A stretch of 64,000 nucleotides of DNA from Phycisphaerae bacterium (GTDB lineage: Bacteria > Planctomycetota > Phycisphaerae > UBA1845 > Fen-1342): contig CAXXWX010000013.1 of assembly GCA_963675745.2 (NCBI GenBank), forward strand, positions 1 to 64,000. Direction: 5' to 3'. The stretch's first letter is position 1. Every line of letters starts with the position of its first letter. The notes under the pieces are model-generated. The model was not told the origin of the DNA, did not search any database, and saw nothing but the letters and a program-made list of their open reading frames with translations. This document shows, one piece after another, positions 45,863-55,368 of the stretch. Made by a program: the position numbers and the translations under genes.

Positions 45863-47673
45863 TGCATGAAAGCCACTCGAAACGCGTCGACAACATCACG
45901 CGGGCGGTGAACGATCTGCTTAAGGGTCGCCGGTCCGCCAACCTTGCTGTCGATACCCAGCCGAACGACGAAATCCGCCAACTCTCCGTGTTCGTCAATC
46001 GTCTGGCGGATGCCCTTTACGCCGGAACGCGTTCTGCCATAGATTTGTCCGAGGGCAGACTGGGCGGGGAGATCAATTGCCAACTGGCGTTTGGCGGTGC
46101 GCTCAAAAACCTCCAGGCCGCGCTGCGGCACCTGACTTGGCAAGCCCAGCGGGTCGCGGAAGGGGACTTTTCGCAACGTGTGGATTTCCTGGGGGAGTTT
46201 TCCTGCGCGTTCAATTGGATGGTCCAGAAGCTCGACAGTGATCGTCAGCGCATCTTGGCGCAAAGCGCCGTGCTGGAGGCCATCAACGCCATCATTCAAG
46301 AGTCGTTGATAAGCGAGACCGACGAGGAAGTGGCTCAAATCTGTCTTGCGAAGGCACAGGAGATAACCGGCAGCAAGTTCGGGCTTGTTGGTGAAGTCAA
46401 CCAGGACGGTCGGTTTGACGCACTTGCTTTTAGCCAGTCTGGTCGCGATGCCTGCGCGATGCCAAGGTCCGACGCGGCGCGCGTGATCAAGAACATGAAA
46501 AGCATGGGTGTCTGGGGGGCGGTGCTGAATGACGGATGTTCTCAGATTGTCAACGATGTAGCCACTCACGCCGAAGGTGTCGGGACTCCCGAGGGGCATC
46601 CGAGAGTCACTGCTCTTCTGGGAGTTCCGCTGAAAGACGCGGGCAAAGCTGTCGGCATGATTGCGCTGGGCAACAAGAAACCAGGATACGACCAGGCCGA
46701 TATCGAACAGATCGAAAGCCTGTCTCTGACCTTTGTGGAAGCGATGAACCGCAGGCGGACGCAGGCGGAGTCTGAACGCTTGCAGCAGGAGCTGGTGGAG
46801 GCCTCCAGGAGGGCAGGGATGTCCGAAGTGGCCACCGGCGTGCTGCACAACGTCGGCAACGTGCTCAATAGTGTCAACGTGTCGGCAAACCTGCTGAATG
46901 AGAAGATTCGGGCGTCCAGAGTCTCACGGCTGGCCAATGCCACGGCGTTGATGTCAGAACACGCGGACGACCTGGGGGCTTTCATTACCCAGGATGAGCG
47001 CGGCACACAATTGCCAGGCTATCTGACCAAGCTCGCCCAGCATCTTGCCGAGGAACAAACCGAAGTGTTGGACGAACTCGGGCGTCTGGCTGAGAATATC
47101 GAGCACATCAAGAACATCGTCAGCATGCAGCAGTCCTTGGCCGGCGCGTCAGGTGTCACTGAGTCGGTACGGATCGGCGATGTGCTGGCTGATCTGTTGA
47201 AGCTGGATGCTGCCGCACTCGACCACGACGGCATCAGAGTGGTGCAGGAGTATGACGAACTGCCGGTGATCTACACCGATAAGCACAAGTTGCTGCAAAT
47301 TCTGGTGAATCTGCTGAAAAACGCCAAGGAGGCCCTGGCCCAGGACCAGAAACCGGACAAACGGCTGACCATGCGGCTGAGGATACTCGACGAGGACCGT
47401 GTTCAGATCGACGTGGCCGACAACGGTGTGGGCATACCGCCGGAGGATCTGACGAAGATCTTCGCCCACGGGTTTACGACCAAGGAAGGCAGATGCGGCT
47501 TCGGCCTGCACGGTTGCGCATTGGCGGCGACCGAGATTGGTGGTTCGTTGATGGCCCATAGCGATGGCTTGGGCCGGGGGGCGACCTTCACCCTCGAGTT
47601 GCCCGCGCGGAAGATGGAGAGGAGTGAGGTGCGCGTTGCAGCCCACCACGAACAGGCGGATCCCGGTGGTTGA
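45862..47673 (+). CDS. Cytoplasmic HAMP-GAF histidine kinase
   Basis: TGATG coupling to V4R; RVAEGDFSQRVDFLGEFSCAFNWM; GTPEGHP..LLGVPL; H-box ATGVLHNVGN; NLLKNAKEA, DNGVGI, FTTK, GRGATF; no TM helix. Confidence 0.9.
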   Translation: MHESHSKRVDNITRAVNDLLKGRRSANLAVDTQPNDEIRQLSVFVNRLADALYAGTRSAIDLSEGRLGGEINCQLAFGGALKNLQAALRHLTWQAQRVAEGDFSQRVDFLGEFSCAFNWMVQKLDSDRQRILAQSAVLEAINAIIQESLISETDEEVAQICLAKAQEITGSKFGLVGEVNQDGRFDALAFSQSGRDACAMPRSDAARVIKNMKSMGVWGAVLNDGCSQIVNDVATHAEGVGTPEGHPRVTALLGVPLKDAGKAVGMIALGNKKPGYDQADIEQIESLSLTFVEAMNRRRTQAESERLQQELVEASRRAGMSEVATGVLHNVGNVLNSVNVSANLLNEKIRASRVSRLANATALMSEHADDLGAFITQDERGTQLPGYLTKLAQHLAEEQTEVLDELGRLAENIEHIKNIVSMQQSLAGASGVTESVRIGDVLADLLKLDAAALDHDGIRVVQEYDELPVIYTDKHKLLQILVNLLKNAKEALAQDQKPDKRLTMRLRILDEDRVQIDVADNGVGIPPEDLTKIFAHGFTTKEGRCGFGLHGCALAATEIGGSLMAHSDGLGRGATFTLELPARKMERSEVRVAAHHEQADPGG

Positions 47674-47722
47674 CGACAACCCCACGATCCGTGACGCGAT
47701 CTGGAAAACCCGCTGGGTGTAG
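47636..47722 (+). pseudogene. Truncated response-regulator receiver remnant
   Basis: GAGGAG/GAGGT RBS then TTG: MQPTTNRRIPVVDDNPTIRDAIWKTRWV*, resembling a receiver beta1/acidic pocket. Confidence 0.6.
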
Positions 47723-48000
47723 CTGACCGACCTCGCAACCTGACCGTTCTCGTTGGGTCACCGAACCAGGCAGCAGCGATATTCAAACGGCAAGTGGCTC
47801 CACCACCGCAGAAAGTCACACGTTCGTCTCGGCTTTCGTTTGCCGATGATCTTGGCCACGGCAGTCCTGGTGTTGTCATGGACTATTCGCCGCGGAAATA
47901 AGGACAGCCGCCAAACTTCTCTCGGATTGCTCTGTCGGCACCCACTCTCTCGGTCTTCCACGGCTAGCCGTGGGGCACCCCGCGGGCGTTGGATCCTGTC

Positions 48001-48027
48001 CGGCCGACTCGGGGGGGCGGCCGCTAC
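48001..48027 (-). repeat. GTAG-type REP variant (family of 42237/56357)
   Basis: Reverse complement GTAGCGGCCGCCCCCCCGAGTCGGCCG. Confidence 0.6.
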
Positions 48028-48079
48028 GTACGCCGTGCGCTGGGGACCGCGCGTCGCACGCCGGTCGCCGCGCGCAAGT

Positions 48080-48107
48080 TTCTGCATTCCGCATTCTGCA
48101 TTCCGCA
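48080..48107 (+). repeat. Heptamer tandem repeat (TTCYGCA)4
   Basis: ttctgca ttccgca ttctgca ttccgca. Confidence 0.8.
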
Positions 48108-48129
48108 TTTCCCCGCTATCCTGCCCCTC

Positions 48130-50301
48130 ATGACACGTGACGAAATCTGCGACAAGTTTATCGAGGCCGTTCCCTTCGAGCTCTACCCCGTCCAGGAGGA
48201 AGCCCTGCTGGCGTGGTTCGACTGCGCGGGTGGCGTGCTGGTGTGCGCGCCGACCGGGATGGGCAAGACGCTCATTGCCGAGGCCGCGATCTTCGAAGCG
48301 CTGCACACGCGGCAGGTGCTCTATTACACGACGCCGCTGATCGCCCTGACCGAGCAGAAGTACCGCGAGCTTCAGGAACTCGCCGAGCGCTGGGGGTTCT
48401 CGGCCCTCGACGTGGGCTTCATCACCGGCAATAGGCGAGAGAACCCGGACGCGCTGATCCGCGTCGTGGTGGCCGAGATTCTCCTAAATCACCTGCTGGC
48501 GCGCGAAGAGGGCGCCGGCGATTTCTCGGATGTCGCCACGGTGGTGATGGACGAGTTTCACAACTTCAACGACCGCGAGCGCGGTGTTGTATGGGAATTG
48601 TCGCTGGTGATGCTGCCGCAGACGACGCGCGTGATGCTGCTCTCCGCCACGGTCGGCAACCCGTTCGATTTCGCCGACTGGCTGAAGAAAAAACACGGCC
48701 GCAAGCTGACCGTGGTGACGTCAAACGAACGGCGTGTACCGCTGGACTTCGCGTGGGTCGGCGACCAGCTCCTGACCGAGTTTCTCCCGGCGTTGCACGC
48801 GAGCGATGACGCTGGGAATCGCACGCCGGCCCTGGTGTTCTGTTTCAATCGCGACGGGTGCTGGGAATTGGCGGAGCGGCTGAAGGGCTTGCAGCTCATC
48901 CCGAAGAATCTCCGCACGGACATCGAGCGAGAACTCGAGTCTTATCGCGGCGATCTTGACGAGGGGGCCGGGCCCAAGCTGAAGCAGATGCTGATCCGCG
49001 GCGTCGGCGTGCATCACGCCGGCGTGCTGCCCAAGCACAAGCTGGTCGTCGAGAAGCTGTTCAACGCCAAGCTGGTCCCCTTCGTGATCTGCACAGAAAC
49101 GCTGGCGGCGGGGGTGAACCTGCCGGCCCGTTCAACCGTGCTGACGACGCTGCTGAAAGGCAAGCCGGGCGAAAGGAAACTGATCGCGCCGGCGGCGGCC
49201 CACCAGATGTTCGGGCGCGCCGGCAGGCCGCAGTTTGACACGCAGGGCTACGTGTTTGTTCCGGCCCACGATGACGACGTGAAAATCGCCAAGTGGCAGA
49301 AAAAGTACGATCGCATCGACCAGAACTCGAAAGACCCGGGCATCCTCCGCGCGCGCAAGGCTCTCGAACGCAAACGCCCGACACGCCGCAAGACCGAGCA
49401 ATACTGGTCCGAGAAGCAGTTCAAGCAACTCATCGAGGCCGGTCCGGCCAAGCTCTCCAGCCGCGGCATGTTGCCGTACAACGTGCTGGTTTACATGCTG
49501 GCCCGACACGGGACTCTGCACGAGGCACGCGATTTCATCGCCAAACGGTTCACCGGCGTGGCGCGCATCGAGGCGTTCGAAAAGCAGCTCAGCAACATGC
49601 TCGATAACCTCGCCGGCCTGGGATACCTCACGCGCAGCGAAGATGGCGACCATGTGACCCTCGACGAGAGCCTGAACCGTCTGCTGAACTACCGCAGCGT
49701 AGATCCGCTGTACGGCGAGTTTCTGGCCGGGGAGTTGGCCCATGCCGGCTTTGACGAGAAGGTAATGGCGCTTGAAAGCGTGCTGGAAATGCCGTGGGCG
49801 ATCATTCGCAAGGTGCGGATTCCCAGAGACATGGCCAAGGGGCCGCTGCAATCGGAGGTGCTCGAACCGCAGATGGTCGCGATGGGCGTCAAGCTGGAAT
49901 GGCCCGAGCAGGGCGAGCGCGAATACGATCCATGGGCGACCGATGACGAGATTGAATGGCCGCCGACCTTTCCGGAGATGCTGGGTATTCTCTTCGAATC
50001 CCGGCTTCCCGCACCCGAGCCGGTGGCCGTGCAGCCGAAGTGGATCGCGGGGGACGCGTTCAAATTCGACGGCGAGTTTTTCAAAATGGTGCGCGCGCGC
50101 GACCTGGTAAAACAGGAAGGTCTCATCCTGCGCCATCTCTTGCGTCTGGTCATTCTCGCCGAGGAGTTCTTCGTGCGAACCGAAGATCCCGAATACCAGC
50201 AGATCGGCGAGCTGACGACCAAGACTTGCCACCGCGTTGACGCTGGCTACACGGATCGCTTCCTGGCCGAGGCCCACAGCATGCGGGCGGTCGTGAAATA
50301 G
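48130..50301 (+). CDS. Ski2-like DEAD/DEAH-box helicase (DUF3516-associated type)
   Basis: APTGMGKT, TTPLIALTEQK, DEFH, LSATVGN, GVGVHHAGVLP, ETLAAGVNLPAR, QMFGRAGRPQFD. Confidence 0.9.
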   Translation: MTRDEICDKFIEAVPFELYPVQEEALLAWFDCAGGVLVCAPTGMGKTLIAEAAIFEALHTRQVLYYTTPLIALTEQKYRELQELAERWGFSALDVGFITGNRRENPDALIRVVVAEILLNHLLAREEGAGDFSDVATVVMDEFHNFNDRERGVVWELSLVMLPQTTRVMLLSATVGNPFDFADWLKKKHGRKLTVVTSNERRVPLDFAWVGDQLLTEFLPALHASDDAGNRTPALVFCFNRDGCWELAERLKGLQLIPKNLRTDIERELESYRGDLDEGAGPKLKQMLIRGVGVHHAGVLPKHKLVVEKLFNAKLVPFVICTETLAAGVNLPARSTVLTTLLKGKPGERKLIAPAAAHQMFGRAGRPQFDTQGYVFVPAHDDDVKIAKWQKKYDRIDQNSKDPGILRARKALERKRPTRRKTEQYWSEKQFKQLIEAGPAKLSSRGMLPYNVLVYMLARHGTLHEARDFIAKRFTGVARIEAFEKQLSNMLDNLAGLGYLTRSEDGDHVTLDESLNRLLNYRSVDPLYGEFLAGELAHAGFDEKVMALESVLEMPWAIIRKVRIPRDMAKGPLQSEVLEPQMVAMGVKLEWPEQGEREYDPWATDDEIEWPPTFPEMLGILFESRLPAPEPVAVQPKWIAGDAFKFDGEFFKMVRARDLVKQEGLILRHLLRLVILAEEFFVRTEDPEYQQIGELTTKTCHRVDAGYTDRFLAEAHSMRAVVK

Positions 50302-50350
50302 CCCTCGGCACGGTGGCGCCCGATCGCGCGCGGGTCGTTACTATTCCGGC

Positions 50351-50962
50351 GTGATGTTGTGCTTCGCTGAATGTCCCGTTTGTCGGCACCCGCTGAGCTG
50401 GACGTATCTGCTGCGCCCGCTCTGGTCCCAGTGGCGCTGCCGCCATTGTGCGTCGCTGTTGGGAATTGACGTTCGTCGGCGACTGCTGCTGGTGATACCG
50501 CTGGTGCTGGCACTGCCGATCGGCGCGCTGGCGCTGTCGCGACTCGGTTTCAACGACTTTGCGATTCTGGTCGCGCTGGCGTTCTGGGGGCCCCTGTTTG
50601 CCTGTCTGGATCGGGCGCGCGTCGTGGAGCGCTGCGGGTTTCGCTGCAAGCGGTGCGGTTACGATTTGCAGGGTCAGGTTACGCCGCGCTGCCCCGAATG
50701 CGGGCGACATCTTGATACGCAGGAACGTGAACTTCTGGCTGCGGGTGTGATTCCGCAGGCGACGCGTCGGCCGCGCCGCAAGCTGGCCCTGGCGCTGACA
50801 CTGGCCCTGGTGCTCGGCGGCCTGGCCACGGTCGGCGTCGGATTGCTGCGCTACTACCAGGCGTCCCGCGCCCAGGCGACGCGCCAGCGCTTAGTGGCGC
50901 CGCGGACGGCTGCTACGCCGGCAACAATGCCAAGCACAAGCCAACCCGCGCCGGGACCATAG
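50351..50962 (+). CDS. Membrane protein with two CxxC-pair zinc ribbons
   Basis: CPVC..CRHC, two TM helices, CKRCGYDLQG..CPECG, third TM helix. Confidence 0.7.
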   Translation: MMLCFAECPVCRHPLSWTYLLRPLWSQWRCRHCASLLGIDVRRRLLLVIPLVLALPIGALALSRLGFNDFAILVALAFWGPLFACLDRARVVERCGFRCKRCGYDLQGQVTPRCPECGRHLDTQERELLAAGVIPQATRRPRRKLALALTLALVLGGLATVGVGLLRYYQASRAQATRQRLVAPRTAATPATMPSTSQPAPGP

Positions 50963-51249
50963 CGGCGTGGCGTGGGCGATGAACCGACAGGCTCGCCGTA
51001 ACGCAGATCTTGTCTGCGCAAGCAATGTCCGTGGTGCCTGCGGCGACCCAGTTCGCGCGTGCTACGCGAGCGGCCGTCTTTCTCAAACGCGCGCTGGCAC
51101 TGATTCCAGGGACGCCTGGCGCGTTTTTCTCGTGCCAGTGACCGACGCGGCGCCATGACCATTACAATCATGGGTGTCCGCACCGCTGACTCTGGTTGGG
51201 GATTGGCGTCCGCGGTGTCCGCGGAATGTTGGGTTACGAGTGATTACTG

Positions 51250-52281
51250 ATGCACCGCGCAGTCCACAATCAACCGAGCACGTTGGCAGCTGACACGGCG
51301 ACGCCGCGCTCGCTGATGGACTGCTGCGGGCGCCGCATCGACCACCTGCGGTTGTCCGTCACGCCGCATTGCGATCTGCGCTGCATATACTGCCGCCCTG
51401 ACGGTAAGCCGACGGCTGTCACGACCCGTGAGCCGCTGTCTGATGAGCGGCGCGTCGAGTTTGTTCGGTTTCTTCATGCGCGCTACGGGCTTGCGCAGGT
51501 TCGCGTGACCGGCGGCGAGCCATTGGTGTATGCGCCCGTCGTCGAGTTCATCGCGGCGCTGCGCCGCGCGCTGCCCACAATATCTCTGGCGATGACAACC
51601 AATGGCCGGCTTTTGCGGCATCACGCGGCCGCGCTGCGTGACGCCGGGCTGGACCGCCTCAATGTCTCCCTGGATTCACTGCGGCCCGCGACGTTTCACC
51701 GAATCACCGGCGGCAATCTCGACGACGTGCTGGCCGGACTGGAAGCCGCGCGGCAGGCGGGCTTCCCGCCGCCCAAGATCAACGTTGTCGTGATCCAAGA
51801 TATTAACGCTGATGAAGTTGTCGAGATTGCCCGTTGGGGCCTGGGCCGTGGTTCTGAAGTTCGCTTCCTGGAGGCGATGCCAATTGGCGCGGCGGCGGAA
51901 TCGAACCGCGCCACTTTCGTGCGCGGACGAGACATCCTGGCGCGACTGGGCGAGGCGTTTGAGCTGCGGCCCTGTTCAAAGGCCGATGCGAGCACGGCGC
52001 AGCTTTTTCACGCGCGCGGGCCTGATGTTGAGGGGGGCGTCGGATTGATCACATCGCTTAGCGAGCCGTTCTGCGCGCAGTGTCGGCGTGTTCGTCTGAC
52101 GGCCGACGGCCGGTTGTTCGCATGCCTGCTCGACCCCGCGAATGTCGACATGAAGCAGGCATGGCACTCGGGGAGCTTTGACGCAACGTGCGCCGCCGAT
52201 CTGCTGGAAGAAGCGGTGGCAGCCAAGCAGTTGCGGGGGCCGGGACACCAGCCGACGGCGATGACCGCGCTCGGCGGATGA
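51250..52281 (+). CDS. moaA: GTP 3',8-cyclase MoaA
   Basis: LRLSVTPHCDLRCIYC, TGGEPL, MTTNG, NVSLDSL, FCAQCRRVRLTADG..CL, terminal LGG. Confidence 0.95.
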   Translation: MHRAVHNQPSTLAADTATPRSLMDCCGRRIDHLRLSVTPHCDLRCIYCRPDGKPTAVTTREPLSDERRVEFVRFLHARYGLAQVRVTGGEPLVYAPVVEFIAALRRALPTISLAMTTNGRLLRHHAAALRDAGLDRLNVSLDSLRPATFHRITGGNLDDVLAGLEAARQAGFPPPKINVVVIQDINADEVVEIARWGLGRGSEVRFLEAMPIGAAAESNRATFVRGRDILARLGEAFELRPCSKADASTAQLFHARGPDVEGGVGLITSLSEPFCAQCRRVRLTADGRLFACLLDPANVDMKQAWHSGSFDATCAADLLEEAVAAKQLRGPGHQPTAMTALGG

Positions 52282-52285
52282 TTAG

Positions 52286-52382
52286 TTTTCAGTGTTCAGT
52301 GTTCAGTTTTCAGCAACGGATTCCGCCGTCGGCGGGCGCACTTCTGACTTCTTACTTTTGACTTCTTACTTCGTGCTTCATC
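52286..52382 (+). repeat. Two heptamer tandem tracts, (TKTTCAG)4 and ~(CTTYTKA)6
   Basis: 52286-52313 and 52341-52382, at the convergent moaA/MOT1 junction. Confidence 0.75.
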
Positions 52383-53575
52383 CTGAGCCCTATCGTGGCC
52401 AGCAGCGATGCAACCAGCCAGCCGGCCGCAAAGCCGACCGCCGTGTTGATGGCCAGGCAGACGCCGGCGGTGAGAATCATGACGACGAAGTCGATCCGCG
52501 CGGTTTGATCGCGGCAGACCAGGGCGAGTTCAAGGCCGCCGAAAAGCAGCAGCGCGCCCAGCACCGACTGCGGATACGCTTCGAGCCAGGCGAGCAGTGA
52601 GGCGCCGAAGACCAGAGCCAGCAGAATCTTGGCCACGCCAAGCACGACCATGCTTCCGCCGGTGCGTGCCCCAAAGCGGTGTTGCGCGGCTAGCCCACCC
52701 GCGCCATGGCAGACCGGCATGCACCCGAGTGGGCAGCAGATGAGGTTCAGCAACCCCACGGAAGCGGCCACGCGGCGCGGTGCCAGCGCGCGGCGCGGGA
52801 ACAGATCGGACGAGAGCGCGCAAACCGCGATCACCGAGTTCAGGACGGTGAGCGGAATCTGCGGTATCGCGCCGCGCAGCAACCCCTGCCGCCACGCCGA
52901 CCAGTCGGCCAGGTCCGGCAGGTGCCATTGCATACCCAGCCGGCTCGCGCCGAGCAGTGCCGGCTGGCTCAGCAGCAGCGCGCCGAGACCGAGCGCAAAA
53001 ACCACCAGGGCGCTGGGAAACCGGCGTGAGAAATAGAACACGAGAATGATCCCCACGCAGAGCGCTCCGAGCGCGATGCTGTCGAATCCGAGCCACACAT
53101 TGGTGCCGCCAATCATCCCGATGCCCTTGGTTAGCAGCTTGACTCCGAGCCCGAGCTGTAGCCCGCGCACGACACTCTTGGGGATCTTGCGTGTCAGCCA
53201 GTCAACCAGTCCCGTTACCGCCAATAGCATCAAAACGGCGCCGGTGCCGATGCCGGCGGCCAGGATCTCCGCCTCGCTGAGCCCTTCGGCGATTGCGACG
53301 GCGGCGATGGCCTTCATCGGCTGCACCGGTATTGGAATGCGAAAGATGAGGCCCGTGACGACATTTGCCAGACCTGAGGCCAGCAGTGTGGGCGCAAGCT
53401 GGAGGCCGCAAACCGTTACCAGACCCACGAGCAGCGGAATAAAAGTGCCCAGATCACCCAGCGCGCCTGACAACTCGGCGCCGTCGAAGCGCAGCGCGCG
53501 CGATCGTGAGGGCGCGTCGGCGTTGCGCACTTCCTCACCGTCTGCCTCCTCGCGATTGATGTTCAGATCGCCCAT
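52352..53575 (-). CDS. MOT1-family molybdate transporter
   Basis: ELSGALGDLGTFIPL, PVQPMKAIAAVAI, QIPLTVLNSVIAV, MPVCHGAGGLAAQHRFGARTG. Confidence 0.9.
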   Translation of the reverse strand: MGDLNINREEADGEEVRNADAPSRSRALRFDGAELSGALGDLGTFIPLLVGLVTVCGLQLAPTLLASGLANVVTGLIFRIPIPVQPMKAIAAVAIAEGLSEAEILAAGIGTGAVLMLLAVTGLVDWLTRKIPKSVVRGLQLGLGVKLLTKGIGMIGGTNVWLGFDSIALGALCVGIILVFYFSRRFPSALVVFALGLGALLLSQPALLGASRLGMQWHLPDLADWSAWRQGLLRGAIPQIPLTVLNSVIAVCALSSDLFPRRALAPRRVAASVGLLNLICCPLGCMPVCHGAGGLAAQHRFGARTGGSMVVLGVAKILLALVFGASLLAWLEAYPQSVLGALLLFGGLELALVCRDQTARIDFVVMILTAGVCLAINTAVGFAAGWLVASLLATIGLRMKHEVRSQK

Positions 53576-53655
53576 TGGATGACTGCGGTGCTCCAGGTGA
53601 TGCGGTTGGCGTAGTATACTGCCTGCGCGGAAGCTGGAGAGAGGATGGTATCTGA

Positions 53656-54843
53656 ATGCTGACGCTGAAGGCCGCACAGGAATTGCTCGCCGGCGCGCTG
53701 ACGCCGCTCGCGCCGACCACCGTTGATCTGCACAGCGCGGCCGGCTGTCGCGTGGCGGAAGCGCCCGTGGCTCGCGCGGATTTCCCGGCGGTGGACGTGT
53801 CAATGATGGATGGCTATGCGGTTCGGGCCGCGGATACCGCCGACCAGCGGCCGCTGCCGATCGCCGCTGAGATCGCGGCGGGCGATGAGCCGTCCCCGCT
53901 CGCCGCTGCCGCCGCCGCACGTATCTTCACCGGAGCCGTCGTTCCCGCGGGGGCGGATGCCGTCGTACCGCAGGAGGACGCCACGGTGACCGACGGCTAC
54001 CAGGTTCAACTGCCGCGTGTATCGCCCGGTTACTGTGTGCGCAAGCGCGGCGAGGTCTGCGCGCTCGACTCACCCCTGATGGACACCGGTGCGCTGGTCA
54101 CTCCGCAGGCGATAGCGGCGCTGGCCGCGAGCGGTGCGCACTCGCTGCGAGTGACCCCGCGCCCGCGCGTGGGGATCCTCTCGACCGGCAGCGAGGTTGT
54201 CGAGATCGGCGCTTCCCGTCGCGCGGGACAAATCTGGGATGCCAACGGCGTGATGCTGGCCGCTCTGGCCGGTCAGGCGCAGCTACCGTTGACCGGCCGG
54301 CGGACCGCCGTCGACGACGTGGCTGCATTGAGCGGCGTGCTCGACGAGCTGCTGGAGCAGTCCGATCTGGTCGTGACCACGGGCGGCGTATCGGTCGGCG
54401 ACTACGATCTGGTGCCGCGGGCTTTGTCCGAGCTCGGCGCGACGATTGTCTTTCACCGCCTGAGCATCAAGCCCGGCAAACCCGTGCTCGTGGCGCGCGT
54501 GCGCGAGCGTTGGTGCGTCGGCCTGCCCGGCAACCCGGTATCCGCGCTGATCGGCTGGCACATGATCGCCTGGCCACTGGCCGAGACGCTGGCCGGCGGT
54601 CCGGACGCGTTTATGCTGCGATGGCTGTCGGCGGCGCTGACCGCGCCTGCGAGCAACAATGGTGACCGGACGGTGCTGGCCCCGGCACTTTTGCAGGCGG
54701 ATGATACCAGGACGACGGTGTCCGTTCTTCCGTGGAAAGGGTCGCACGACGTGGTCGCGTTTGCACGCGCGAACGCGCTGGCCGTGCTGGATGTCGGTGC
54801 GGACCACCCGGCTGGCGCAGTCGTGAATTGCTACGCGCTGTGA
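53656..54843 (+). CDS. moeA: Molybdopterin molybdenumtransferase MoeA
   Basis: SMMDGYAV, IFTGAVVPAGADAVVPQE, STGSE, TTGGVSVGDYD, KPGKP, LPGNPVS. Confidence 0.95.
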   Translation: MLTLKAAQELLAGALTPLAPTTVDLHSAAGCRVAEAPVARADFPAVDVSMMDGYAVRAADTADQRPLPIAAEIAAGDEPSPLAAAAAARIFTGAVVPAGADAVVPQEDATVTDGYQVQLPRVSPGYCVRKRGEVCALDSPLMDTGALVTPQAIAALAASGAHSLRVTPRPRVGILSTGSEVVEIGASRRAGQIWDANGVMLAALAGQAQLPLTGRRTAVDDVAALSGVLDELLEQSDLVVTTGGVSVGDYDLVPRALSELGATIVFHRLSIKPGKPVLVARVRERWCVGLPGNPVSALIGWHMIAWPLAETLAGGPDAFMLRWLSAALTAPASNNGDRTVLAPALLQADDTRTTVSVLPWKGSHDVVAFARANALAVLDVGADHPAGAVVNCYAL

Positions 54844-54875
54844 GCCATGCGGCCAGCACAGTGGAGTAGTTGATT

Positions 54876-55355
54876 ATGTCGAAGTTGAGCCATCTTGATG
54901 AAGCCGGCCGCGTGCAGATGGTTAACGTCGGCGACAAGCCGGCGACCGCGCGGCGCGCCGTGGCCGAGGGCACACTGCGCATCGGTCCGGAGCTGATGCG
55001 GACGATAAACGCGGACCAGACGCCGAAGGGCAATATCTACGAAACAGCCCGGCTGGCGGGCATCATGGCGGCAAAACGCACGGCCGAATTGATCCCGCTG
55101 TGCCACACGCTTCCGCTGGACCACGTTCAGGTGGACTTCGAGCCGGCCGACGACCGGATTCGCATCGTGGCCGCCGCCAATACGCGCGCTGCAACCGGCG
55201 TGGAGATGGAGGCTCTTGCCGCCGTGACCGTGGCCGGGCTGACGCTGTACGACATGCTCAAGGCGCTCGGCCACGCCATGGTGCTGGAGAACGTACGCCT
55301 GCTGGAAAAGTCCGGCGGGCGCAGCGGCGAATATCACGCCACTGATGGGGCATAG
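54876..55355 (+). CDS. moaC: Cyclic pyranopterin monophosphate synthase MoaC
   Basis: LSHLDEAGRVQMVNV, AGIMAAKRTAELIPLCH, TGVEMEAL, LYDMLKA, KSGGRSG. Confidence 0.95.
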   Translation: MSKLSHLDEAGRVQMVNVGDKPATARRAVAEGTLRIGPELMRTINADQTPKGNIYETARLAGIMAAKRTAELIPLCHTLPLDHVQVDFEPADDRIRIVAAANTRAATGVEMEALAAVTVAGLTLYDMLKALGHAMVLENVRLLEKSGGRSGEYHATDGA

Positions 55356-55368
55356 GGAACAACTGACG

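Noticed and set aside
50963..51249. Moco riboswitch or ModE box before moaA
   Set aside because: I could not identify the conserved elements by eye; an Rfam scan is needed to exclude them fully.
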